Below, one piece after another: positions 48,380 through 60,503 of a stretch of DNA of 64,000 bases. The DNA comes from Phyllobates terribilis (taxonomy: Eukaryota): assembly GCF_046119375.1 (NCBI RefSeq), contig NW_027362761.1, positions 753,486,001 to 753,550,000 on the forward strand, in the 5' to 3' direction. The notes beneath the pieces were generated by a model, which saw only the letters and a program-made list of their open reading frames with translations, ran no database searches and was not told where the DNA came from. Each line of letters begins with the position of its first letter. Position 1 is the stretch's first letter. The position numbers and the translations under genes were made by a program.

Positions 48380-49572
48380 GGCTTTGTGCCCACAATGCGT
48401 TTTTTAAGCGTTTCCGCAGCGGCAAAAACGCTGCAGAAACGCTTAAAAAATGCATGGTAGAAGGTCTGCCATGTTCCCCAATGATAATCCGCATGTGCTG
48501 TGCACATGATGTGGAAATTTCCGCTGCGGATTATCATTGCGGAAAAAAACGCAGCACTACCAATTATTTTGCGGAAGCGCTGCGTTTTCGACGCCATTGA
48601 CTTGCATTGGAACGCTTGGATTCCGCATCACTGCATCTGTACATGCGGAATCCAAACGTTTCAACGTGTGGATGGTACCCGGGTCTGGAGGAGAGGAGAG
48701 TCTCCTCCGGACCCAGGTACCATAGAACCTGTAAAAAAAAAAGAATAAAATAAAAAATAAATATGATATTTACCTTCTGATGGCCCGCGGTGCGCTTGTC
48801 TTCACTTGCCGGCAGCTCACGGTGGACTGAAGGACCTGCGCTGACGTCATAGTCATGTGACGGCAGGTCCTTCAGTATAGTGTACCGCGAGCTGCCGGCA
48901 AGCCAGGACGATGCGAAGCAAGACTGTAGGGGCCATCGGAAGGTAAGTATAGATTTATTTTTTTATTTTTTACCATTCTTTCGGTCACAATATATAAATC
49001 CATGCCCAGCAGGATGCCATCGCTAGCTGGAAGGAGGAGCTGCTGGGGAAGATCGTGACCCGGCAGCAGTCTGCGCTGCATGTGACCGGCGGCGCCCGAG
49101 CCCCGGCGAAGCTGCGTAAAGACCGGGAGGTGTCAGGCCGAGCTGAAGCAGTCGGGGGAGCAGGTAGGAGTGAAGTCCCTGTCCCGGATGTGGCTGGCAC
49201 TGCTCCCTCCCTGGTCCCCCTGCAGTACAAGGCTGATGATCCGGCTGGGTCAGCCTGCAGAAACCAGGAGTTCCCCCGGAGGGAGCCCCACTGTTAAACT
49301 GTTTTCGTTAATTGAACTGTATATAGTTACCCGGAAAGGTACAGCAGAGACACTGCAAGTTTGAGAAAAAGTTTATTTGTTTTTGTGTGTTTACGTAATT
49401 ACCCGGTAAGGGTACCAGAACTTGTAGGCTGAGGACTGAGCAGCCAAAAACTTAATTGTAAATAGTTGCACTTCTTAAAGTGCCCCTTGTTGGTTTTATA
49501 CAGCAAGACTGACCTCAGAACAAAAACCCGTTTGACGTGGCCGAAGACGTGGTCCAACACCTGGATCATCTA

Positions 49573-51207
<1,635 letters not shown>

Positions 51208-52681
51208 TATGCCCTTCAGCCATGCCCAGGGCCCCTTTTGAGGGTTTTTCGGACGGGTCCCTCATGTTGCTCAAATTGCACCTTGTTTAGTGGGATGGAC
51301 ACCCGGTTACAGATCTCACTGCAGTTTGCTGAACTTACTTGAAAAGTGATAAAAATGTTTTATGAGAGAAATGTTTTATGAGTATAAAGAAAAATGTTCT
51401 TTAAAGAAAAAAAAGTTTTATATAGTAACCAGTAACATTCAAGTGATGTGCCTCCCATAAAGGGAAGAAAATTTTTTGCTGATTATTCTTCTATGTGAAT
51501 GCATTCTAAAATTTTGTAAGTCTGAAATACCTTGTTTTTACTCTGTTCCAGCCTGCGGACGTGCTGTGTTTTACCAAGGGGGTATGTGGCGCCCCTGAGG
51601 GTTCGGTCGCCACAGAGGTACTGCATCTCACCCAGTGGTGTGGTATCTCACTCTCAGGTAAGAAAGAAGTACAGCCTGGGACCCTAACACCTGCATCCAA
51701 CACTACACTACTCCAGGCCAGCTGGAAGGGCAAGATGTGTCGCGCTTCCTGCTGAGCCCTGTCCCTGGCTGGAGTGGAGGGAACCATGTAGTGGGTGTGG
51801 GTGGAGGACGTAGATCAGGGGAGCACTTGAAAGGAGTGATATAAAAAGAGGGTGGAACATTCCAGAAGTAAACAGTCTACAGTGAGAGGAGTTGGGAGCA
51901 GGAGCTCTGTAGGAGCTCTGCTCAGGAGGAGGGCTTGAAGAGAGGTCCAGGACTGAAGAGAAAGAGGAGCAGGAGAGAGGCTCCTGGAATGTGGAAGGGA
52001 CTCCAGGGGTACGGGCAGTGCTGGAGGCCACCCATACGCCCGAATATGCCAGGCGGTGGAGGGGTCAGGTCGCACAGAGGGGACCGGTCCCTAAACTAGC
52101 AGAGTTCTTCAAGTCTCAACTAGAAAACCGGAGGCTGTAGTATTTCAGGTACTGCAGCCACAATCCACATTAGTCTCACCAATAAGGTAACCATAGAGGA
52201 CCCAGGGGACAGAGAAGACGTCGCCCAACAAGGTCCGCAGCCACTGGATTGGGACACTAGGTGTGAGGTGTAGGGAGACGGCCAGAAGGAACACACAGAA
52301 GGGGGTCCTGCTATGTACTCTGGAGGTACCTGAGGGTTGGCTGAACCCCTGCCTGGTGAACGCAGCGTGACGTGGGAGGCTGTAAGCTGTACAGTGCAAC
52401 CTGAGGAACTTGACAACTGTAAGTAAAACCCTGAAGACTGCACCCCACCGTCTCTGTCAGTTATTGCTGCTGCGCCATCACTCCCTGCACTACACTGCAC
52501 CACGAGTGCTACTTCATAACAACAATATCTACACTGCCCTGGAGCTAAGCTCTACCTGTGGAGAGCTAAACCAACTCTGCTGCATTTATACCAGCTCCAG
52601 AGGACCTGCTCCGCAGCGGCGGCTCCCTTTAGCCGCATACCACAGGTGTACCGAGTACCCCATGGCCCAGGGGACGCGTCA

Positions 52682-54330
52682 ACCACATCAGTCACAAGCT
52701 GGAAGCACTGCCTCGGCCAAGCGGCAACAGGCTGTGCTGAAGCTAATATGCTTAAGTGACAAACCACACAATGCTGAAGAGTTGTGGACAGCTCTGAAAG
52801 AGCAGGATGTCTGTGGCTCACACCGCTGAACCTACAGCCAGGCATGATCGTGTGTGACAATGGCCAGAACCTGGTGGCGACTCTGAGGCGAGACGAGCTC
52901 ACACACGTACCATGCCTGGCCCATGTGCTTAACCTTGTGGTTCAGCGGTTTCTCAAATCCTACCCGGAGCTGCCGGATCTGCTTGTTAAAGTACGCCGCC
53001 TGTGTGCCCATTTTAGAAAGTCAGCTACAGCTTCCGCCGCCCTTGCAGTGTTTCAGCAGCGTTTGCAGCTTCCGGCTCACAGACTGGTGTGTGATGTCCC
53101 CACGCATTGGAACTCTACACTGCAGATGTTGGAAAGGATTTGTGAGCAGAAGAGGGCAGTTGTTGAGTACCAGCATCAACAAGGCCGTCGGTATTCAGTT
53201 CAGACTCCACACATAAGACCTCAGAAGTGGACATGGATGTCAGACATATTTACCATCCTCCAAAAGCGGCGATAATGCCATAATTAGCGTCACCATCCCG
53301 TTTCTCTGTCTTCTGAAATTCTCTCTGCTCACAATCAAAGAGGATGCATTGCAGGCGGAGCACGATTAGATGGAGCAAGGAACCATGCAGGGTGATTACA
53401 CACAGCCAAGCCTCATCTCATCCCAACGTGGATTGGGTGACAATGAGGAAGAGGAGGAGGAGGAGGAAGGACAGGAGCTAGTTTCATGCACTATAGACGG
53501 TACTACCTGCACAGCTGTCATACCGTCTGTTCAGCGTGGATGGCCAGAGGACAGAGAGGAGGAGGAGGAGAGCATGGTCAGTCATCCTCTTGGTGAGGAC
53601 ACGGAAGTAAGTCTTGCCTGTTAGTAGTCTGGCACGCATGGCTGAGTTTATGGTACGCTGCCTTTCCCATGACCCTCCCGTTCTCAAAATTTTGGGTGAC
53701 AGTGATTACTGGTTGGTGACACTTCTAGACCCACGCTATAAGGAGAACTTTATATCTCTTATTCCTGAGGCGGACAGGTCTACAAAAATTGGGCAGTACC
53801 AGAAGGCCCTTGTTGCGGAACTATTAAAAAAATTCCCATCTGAAAATGCTGGCGGCAGAGGGCAAACTTCGTTGGACAACCAAGGAGTACAGGCGAGAGA
53901 GACACAACTTCAATCCAGCAGAGGCAGGGGAACACTGTCAAAATTCTGGGAGAGTTTTCTCAGACCCTCCTATCGCACAGGCCCTGAGGCGCGGGGTACT
54001 CTCACAAGGAGTGCAAAGTTTGGGAAGATGCTGAGGGAGTACATTGTCAACCGTACCAACGTCCTCCGTGATTCCGCTGTGCCTTATAATTATTGGGTAT
54101 CCAAGCTGGATGCGTGGAATGAACTGGCTCTCTATGCCTTGGAGGTCCTGGCCTGCTCTGCCACCAGTGTTTTATCAGAGCGGGTTTTTAGTGCCGCTGG
54201 GGGAATTATAACTGAAAAGCACATCCGCCTGTCAACTGAAAATGCTGACAGGCTGACTCTTATAAAAATGAACAAGGGCTGGATTGGGCCAGACTCCTCA
54301 ACACCACCGAATGATAGCAGCGTAACATAA
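52682..54330 (+). pseudogene. hAT transposase copy A (C-terminal two-thirds, degenerate)
   Basis: GMIVCDNG, HVPCLAHVLNL (CxxH), CDVPTHWNST, LLDPRYK, SVLSERVFSAAG hAT dimerisation domain. Confidence 0.9.
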
Positions 54331-54559
54331 ACTCAAATCCAGTGTCTTTTCTTGGGAGGTGTATTCCCATGCACCTTTTCACACCCACACATGGGTTTAC
54401 GCTTCCTGATTTTGGCTATTTGCTCTTGTCCTCCTCCTTCTCCTCATTCTCCACCACCATATCACCAGGGTCACCGTGGTCCATGAAGCAACACCCACAT
54501 AATTTTTTTAAAGGGTGTTTATGATGCCTGTAAAAATTTTTATTATACAGTATGTTCAT

Positions 54560-55590
54560 GTATACCCCCCAGGGGTAAATGTTTGTCAGCCCATATACTT
54601 AGTGCATGGGCATTACAAGTATAGGAGGCCCGCTCCTTTCTAATGGGATCATTTTTTTATGAGGCCCTCCTCCGCGTCTCTTCCAAGGCGCATTGAAGTG
54701 CCTCCAAATTTTTGGCAGCCCTTGCATTCACTGCATAGGCCAACACTATTGGAGACTCTCTCCTTTCTAATGGGAATTTGTCGTTACTGTGGCCCTGCTC
54801 TATGTGTCTTTAAATTCTTAGTGGGGTTTTTCCTAAAATTGGTCAGCCGTTGGACTCACTGCATACCCTATAACTGTATAGCAGACTCTCTCCTTTCTAA
54901 TGGGAACATATCGTACTTGTTACTGTGGCCCTGCTCTGTGTCTTTAAATTCTTAGTGGGGTTTTTTCCTAAAATTGGTCAGCCGTTGGACTCACTACATA
55001 CCCTTTAACTGTATAGCAGACTCTCCTTTCTAATGGGAACATGCCGTACTTGTTACTGTAGCCCTGCTCTGTGTGTCTTTAAATTCTTAGTGGGGTTTTT
55101 CCTAAAATTGGTCAGCCGTTGGACTCACTGCATACCCTATAACTGTATAGCAGACTCTCTCCTTTCTAATGGGAACATATCGTACTTGTTACTGTGGCCC
55201 TGCTCTGTGTCTTTAAATTCTTAGTGGGGTTTTTCCTAAAATTGGTCAGCCGTTGGACTCACTGCATACCCTATAACTGTATAGCAGACCCTCTCCTTTC
55301 TAATGGGAGCATGTCGTACTTGTTACTGTGGCCCTGCTTTGTGTGTCTTTAAATTCTTAGTGGGGTTTTTCCCAAATTTTGGCAGCCCTTGCAGTCACAG
55401 CATGGGCATTACCACTATAAGAGACCAGCTCCTTTATAATGGGAACATTGTTTTTACAGAGACCCTCCTCTATGTCTCTTCAAAGGGGTATTGGGTTGCG
55501 TCCAAATTTTTGGCAGCCCTTGCAGTCACTGGATATGCAATAACAGTATAGGAGATCCACTCCTTAATAATGGGAACAACAAAGCATAGC
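54560..55590. repeat. Tandem array, 130-136-bp unit (about 8 copies, central four nearly identical)
   Basis: CTAATGGGAA anchors at 54767, 54897, 55030, 55166, 55300, with degenerate copies either side. Confidence 0.9.
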
Positions 55591-56276
55591 CTTCACACTG
55601 TACAAATACCCGTCTTATTAACCTTTTGGTGTCCCCCCCCCCCCAAAAAAAAAAAAAAAAAAAAGTGTGCCTGTGACAGTTCAGACGCAAATATATCTGT
55701 TGAAAATAGTCTGGTGTAGGCCAGAGAAACAGAAGTGTGGTTTTGCAGTTCCACGGTTCAAACCTCTGTATTATCCACTTTTGGGCCATTTGTATCTAAA
55801 AAAAAAAACAGTTTGAGTGTGTCGCTCACTGTTCAGCCGCAAATATATATATTTAAAAAAGTCTGGTATACACCAGTAAATTATAACTGTGGTTTTGCTG
55901 TTCCACGGTAAAACATCTCTATTATCCTGCTTTTGCCATTTTTTGCCGTAAAAAAAAAACTGTAATAGTGTCTCTCTGATTGTTCAGACACAAATATATC
56001 TGTTGAAAATAGTCTGGTGTAGGCCCGAGAAATAAAACTGTGGTTTTGCAGTTCCACAGGTCAAATCTCTGTATTATATCCTGCTTTTGCCATTTTTTGC
56101 CATAAAGAAAAACAGTAATAATGTCTCCTGATTGTTCAGACACCAATATATTGGAGCTGAAAAGCTGTTGGAGCTGAAAAGAGGACATCGGTAAACCGCG
56201 CGCCTGCCGGCGCGCGCATTTTGAAGCTTTTTTTTTAAGCTTTTTTCACTGTTTTCAGAACATTAACAATAAGAAC

Positions 56277-57239
56277 ATGGAAGAGTCCAGGAGCCATTTG
56301 GTGAACTGCATATCCTGCTACATGTTCACAGACTTGCCAGTGGAAAAGCCAAACTTCACATGCCAGAAATGCAAGCTTGTGTCCCTGTTGGAGGAAAAGT
56401 TGCGAAATCTAGAAGAGAAGTTAACTACCTTGAAAATCATTAAGGAAGGTGAAGAGTTCTTAGACAGAGCAGAATTATCTCTTCATGATTCAGAAAGAGA
56501 AGAAATTCGAACTGCACCTGAGGAAACAGAGGAATGGAAGCATGTGACCCACAGAAGCAGGAGGATCGAGAGGCAGTCAGCACCCATACTGCTCAGGAAC
56601 CAGTACCAGGCTCTCACGCAGGAGAACCATGAAGAAATACAGCAAAATAAGACTTTGCCAGCAATGAATAACCTTGTAAGCCCTCAGAATCCTCCTGGAT
56701 GGAGAAAGAAGAATGTTGTGAAGAAAAAACGGAGAGTGGTGGTCATGGGGGATTCCCTGTTAAGAGGAACAGAGGCCGCTATCTGCAGACCAGACATAAC
56801 CTCAAGAGAAATGTGCTGTCTTCCAGGAGCAAAAATTAAAGATGTGTCTGACAGGATATCAAGACTCTTCAGACCTACAGATCACTACCCATTCCTGCTA
56901 ATACATGTGGGGACAAATGACACCGCAAGAAAGGACCTGGAAACCATCTGCAGTGACTTTGAAGACTTAGGCAAGAAAGTGAAAGAATTGGGAGCGCAGG
57001 TGGTCTTCTCATCCATCCTCCCAGTGGATGGCCATGGAACAATGAGGTGGAATAAGATTCTACAGGTGAACAACTGGCTACGTCGATGGTGCCGTCAACA
57101 AGGATTTGGATTTCTGGATCACGGAATGAATTACCTATACGATGGACTACTTGCTAGAGATGGGGTGCACCTTACGAAGACTGGAAAACATGTATTTGGA
57201 AGTCGCCTTGCTACACTCATCAGAAGAGCTTTAAACTAG
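56277..57239 (+). CDS. CR1 ORF1 (320 aa): zinc-finger-like, coiled coil, SGNH esterase-like domain
   Basis: CISC...CQKC; VVMGDSLLRG, HVGTNDT, DGVHLT; intact ATG to TAG. Confidence 0.9.
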   Translation: MEESRSHLVNCISCYMFTDLPVEKPNFTCQKCKLVSLLEEKLRNLEEKLTTLKIIKEGEEFLDRAELSLHDSEREEIRTAPEETEEWKHVTHRSRRIERQSAPILLRNQYQALTQENHEEIQQNKTLPAMNNLVSPQNPPGWRKKNVVKKKRRVVVMGDSLLRGTEAAICRPDITSREMCCLPGAKIKDVSDRISRLFRPTDHYPFLLIHVGTNDTARKDLETICSDFEDLGKKVKELGAQVVFSSILPVDGHGTMRWNKILQVNNWLRRWCRQQGFGFLDHGMNYLYDGLLARDGVHLTKTGKHVFGSRLATLIRRALN

Positions 57240-57361
57240 AACAATGTGGGAAGGGAAGCAAAAGGCCAGAAAAAGCCATACAGCTGACAAATACTATTGA
57301 GATCTCTGCTACTGGAAGTGGAAAGGAAGAACAAAGACAAAACAATTTAAATAATAAAAAT

Positions 57362-60064
57362 ATGGGAGGAAGAGAAACCAATCACAAACTAAAATGTTTT
57401 TATACAAATGCACAAAGCATGGGCAACAAACAAGGAGAATTGGAACTACTAATGCAGGAAAAGGAATATGATGTCATTGGAATCACTGAAACTTGGTGGG
57501 ACGATGCACATGATTGGAATAAAAGGCTAAAAGGATACAACTTATTTGCAAGAAACAGACTTGATAAACGAGGAGGAGGTGTTGCATTGTATGTTAGAAA
57601 TGCGTATATCTGCACAGAGATTGAAGCTTCAGAGACTGGGAGTTCTGTGGAAACTGTTTGGGTAAGAATACAAGGAGAGAACAACGGAAAGGACACCATT
57701 GTAGGCATTTACTACAGGCCACCTGGGCAAGCTGAAGATATGGATGAACTCTTTATGTATCAAATGACCAAGTTCTCCAAAAAATATGACGTAGTGGTCA
57801 TGGGAGATTTCAACTATCCAGACATTTGTTGGGAATCTCTCTCAAGTAAAACTAACAGGTCAAGCAATTTCTTATCCTCTCTTGCTGACAACTTTATCTT
57901 CCAAAAGGTAGGGGAGAAAACAAGGGGATCTGCTACTTTGGATCTAATCCTTATAAACAGGGAGGAAATGGTTGAGGAGGTAAAGGTGGCTGGGACCCTA
58001 GGAGGCAGCGATCATGCTATTATAGAATTTTGGATAACTAGAGGAGGAAGACATGTGAAGACTCAAACTTCAAGGTTAGATTTTAGAAAGGCAGATTTTA
58101 AGAGACTCAGAAAGAGAATAGGAGGGATCCAATGGCTGGATGTCCTTAAGGACAAAAATGTCCAGGAAGGATGGGAAATTTTTAAAAATGAGATTCTCAA
58201 AGCACAATTGTTAACAATCCCGAAAAGTAGGAAGAATGGGAAGCATTTAAGGAAACCAGGATGGATGAACACAGAACTTAAACACATGCTAAAAAGAAAG
58301 AAAGAAATGTTTATTAAATGGAAAGAGGGAGGCATATCTAAAGAAGATTATAATGCAGTCTGCAGATCCTGTAGGGCACGTATCAGGTTAGCTAAAGCTG
58401 ACAATGAATTAAGGCTTGCAAGAGATGTCAAAAGCAATAAAAAAGGATTTTGGGGGTATGTCAAAAGTAAAAGAAAAGTCAAAGATGCTATAGGATTTTT
58501 ACAGGATGAAAATGGAGAAATGGTAAGAGAGGATGTTGAGAAGGCCAAACTTTTTAATTCCTATTTTGCATCTGTTTTCTCTCAGAAACAAAATGTAACA
58601 TCAACTGATCTTCACTGTCCTTTTAAAGGAATAGAGGAATCCAAGTTATCTGTAAACAGAAAGAATGTGAGGGAATATTTAGCTAACATAAATGAGTTCA
58701 AGTCTCCAGGTCCAGATGAATTACACCCCAGAGTACTGAAGGAGATCGTAGAAGAAATTTTAGAACCACTCTCCATAATCTTTGAAAATTCTTGGAGAAC
58801 AGGAGAAGTCCCAGAAGACTGGAGAAGAGCAAATGTTGTTCCTATCTTCAAAAAGGGGAAGAAGGTGGACCCAGGGAACTATAGGCCGGTGAGTCTGACT
58901 TCTATACCAGGAAAGATCTTTGAACAAATTATTAAACAACATGTATGTAAGTACATGGATAAGAATGAAGTGATTAACCAGAGTCAGCATGGGTTTGTAA
59001 CTAACAAGTCATGTCAGACTAACTTAATTTCCTTCTATGACAGAATCACTGACTGGGTGGATCAGGGAAATGCTGTAGATATAGTATATCTTGACTTCAG
59101 CAAAGCATTTGACAAAGTATCTCACACCATCCTTATTGAAAAAATGACCAAGTATGCAATGGACCAGGCAACTGTTAGGTGGATTCATAACTGGCTTAGT
59201 GATCGGACTCAAAGGGTGGTTGTAAATGGCTTCACATCCAGCTGGATGAATGTCTCAAGTGGGGTACCACAGGGCTCCGTCCTGGGACCTGTATTGTTCA
59301 ACATCTTTATCAATGATTTAGATGAAGGAATTGAGGGTAAACTGATTAAATTTGCTGATGACACAAAGCTAGGAGGGATAGCTAATACTAGAGAAGAGAG
59401 AGAGAGGATTCAAAAAGACCTAAATAAACTGGAGCAGTGGGCAGCAACCAACAGAATGGTTTTTAACAGGGAAAAATGCAAAGTACTACATCTGGGCAAT
59501 AAAAATGAAAAAAGCATATACAGAATGGGAGGAATAGAGCTAAGCAACAGTACATGTGAAAAAGACTTAGGTATACTAATAGATCATAGACTGAACATGA
59601 GTCAACAGTGTGATGCAGCAGCAAAAAAGGCAAATACAATTCTGGGATGCATTAACAGAAACATACAGTCTAGATCACGTGAAGTCATTATCGGTCTTTA
59701 CTCCTCTTTGGTCAGACCTCATCTGGAATACTGTGTACAGTTTTGGGCACCACATTTTAAAAAAGACATAGACAAACTGGAGCAAGTTCAGAGAAGAGCG
59801 ACCAGAATGGTGACTGGTCTGCAAACCATGTCCTATGAGGAACGGTTGCAGGATTTGGGAATGTTTAGCTTGCAAAAAAGAAGACTGAGAGGAGACTTAA
59901 TAGCTGTCTACAAATATGTCAAGGGCTGTCACATTGTAGAAGGATCATCTTTATTCTCATTTGCACAAGGAAAGACTAGAAGAAATGGGATGAAACTAAA
60001 TGGGAGTAGACACAGATTAGATATTAGAAAAAACTTTTTGACAGTTAGGGTGATTAATGAGTAG
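57362..60064 (+). CDS. CR1 ORF2 APE-RT (900 aa); a TGG>TAG change removes the last 29 aa
   Basis: YTNAQS, TETW, YYRPP, GDFNYP, GSDH; YRPVSLTS, LDFSKAFD, GVPQGSVLGP, FADD; read-through gives WNRLPREVVSSPSMDVFKQRLDRHLSEMI* ending at 60151. Confidence 0.93.
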   Translation: MGGRETNHKLKCFYTNAQSMGNKQGELELLMQEKEYDVIGITETWWDDAHDWNKRLKGYNLFARNRLDKRGGGVALYVRNAYICTEIEASETGSSVETVWVRIQGENNGKDTIVGIYYRPPGQAEDMDELFMYQMTKFSKKYDVVVMGDFNYPDICWESLSSKTNRSSNFLSSLADNFIFQKVGEKTRGSATLDLILINREEMVEEVKVAGTLGGSDHAIIEFWITRGGRHVKTQTSRLDFRKADFKRLRKRIGGIQWLDVLKDKNVQEGWEIFKNEILKAQLLTIPKSRKNGKHLRKPGWMNTELKHMLKRKKEMFIKWKEGGISKEDYNAVCRSCRARIRLAKADNELRLARDVKSNKKGFWGYVKSKRKVKDAIGFLQDENGEMVREDVEKAKLFNSYFASVFSQKQNVTSTDLHCPFKGIEESKLSVNRKNVREYLANINEFKSPGPDELHPRVLKEIVEEILEPLSIIFENSWRTGEVPEDWRRANVVPIFKKGKKVDPGNYRPVSLTSIPGKIFEQIIKQHVCKYMDKNEVINQSQHGFVTNKSCQTNLISFYDRITDWVDQGNAVDIVYLDFSKAFDKVSHTILIEKMTKYAMDQATVRWIHNWLSDRTQRVVVNGFTSSWMNVSSGVPQGSVLGPVLFNIFINDLDEGIEGKLIKFADDTKLGGIANTREERERIQKDLNKLEQWAATNRMVFNREKCKVLHLGNKNEKSIYRMGGIELSNSTCEKDLGILIDHRLNMSQQCDAAAKKANTILGCINRNIQSRSREVIIGLYSSLVRPHLEYCVQFWAPHFKKDIDKLEQVQRRATRMVTGLQTMSYEERLQDLGMFSLQKRRLRGDLIAVYKYVKGCHIVEGSSLFSFAQGKTRRNGMKLNGSRHRLDIRKNFLTVRVINE

Positions 60065-60503
60065 AACAGGCTGCCACGAGAGGTGGTGAGTTCCCCTTCA
60101 ATGGACGTCTTCAAACAGAGGCTGGACAGACATCTGTCTGAGATGATCTAGTGAATCCTGCTTTGAGCAGGGGGTTGGACCAGATGACCCAGGAGGTCCC
60201 TTCCAACTCTACCATTCTATGATTCTATGATTCTATGATATCAGTTTAAAAGAGTATGGTATACACCAATAAATTATAACTGTGGTTTTGCCATCCCACA
60301 GTAAAAAATCTCTATTATCCAGCTTTTGGTATTTTTTCCATAAAGAAAAACAGTAATAGTTTCTCCCTGATTGTTCAGATTGTTTAAAAGAGTCGGGTGT
60401 AGGCCAGAGAAATAGAACTGTGGTTTTCCTCTTCCACAGTTCTAATCTACTTTAACCTTTTTCCATTGATAGTGCGAGTGTAAGCTATTTTACTTCCTTT
60501 ACA

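Larger units (their letters stand above)
56150..60237 (+). mobile_element. Full-length, nearly intact CR1 LINE (lineage B)
   Basis: 5'UTR, ORF1, ORF2, 3' stem-loop GTTGGA...TCCAAC and (ATTCTATG)3 tail; a TSD (ATAT) is possible but ambiguous. Confidence 0.95.
55660..60450. repeat. Tandem array, about 152-bp unit, split by CR1 lineage B
   Basis: GTTCAG.C.CAAATATAT...AGTCTGGT.TA...ACTGTGGTTTTGC.GTTCCAC units at about 55679, 55831, 55982 and 56134, resuming at 60238-60450. Confidence 0.8.

Noticed and set aside
54560-55590. CRISPR-like regularly spaced repeats (also 44785-47205 and 9040-9405)
   Set aside because: Whole units repeat with no unique spacers, there are no cas genes and the context is eukaryotic; these are ordinary tandem arrays.
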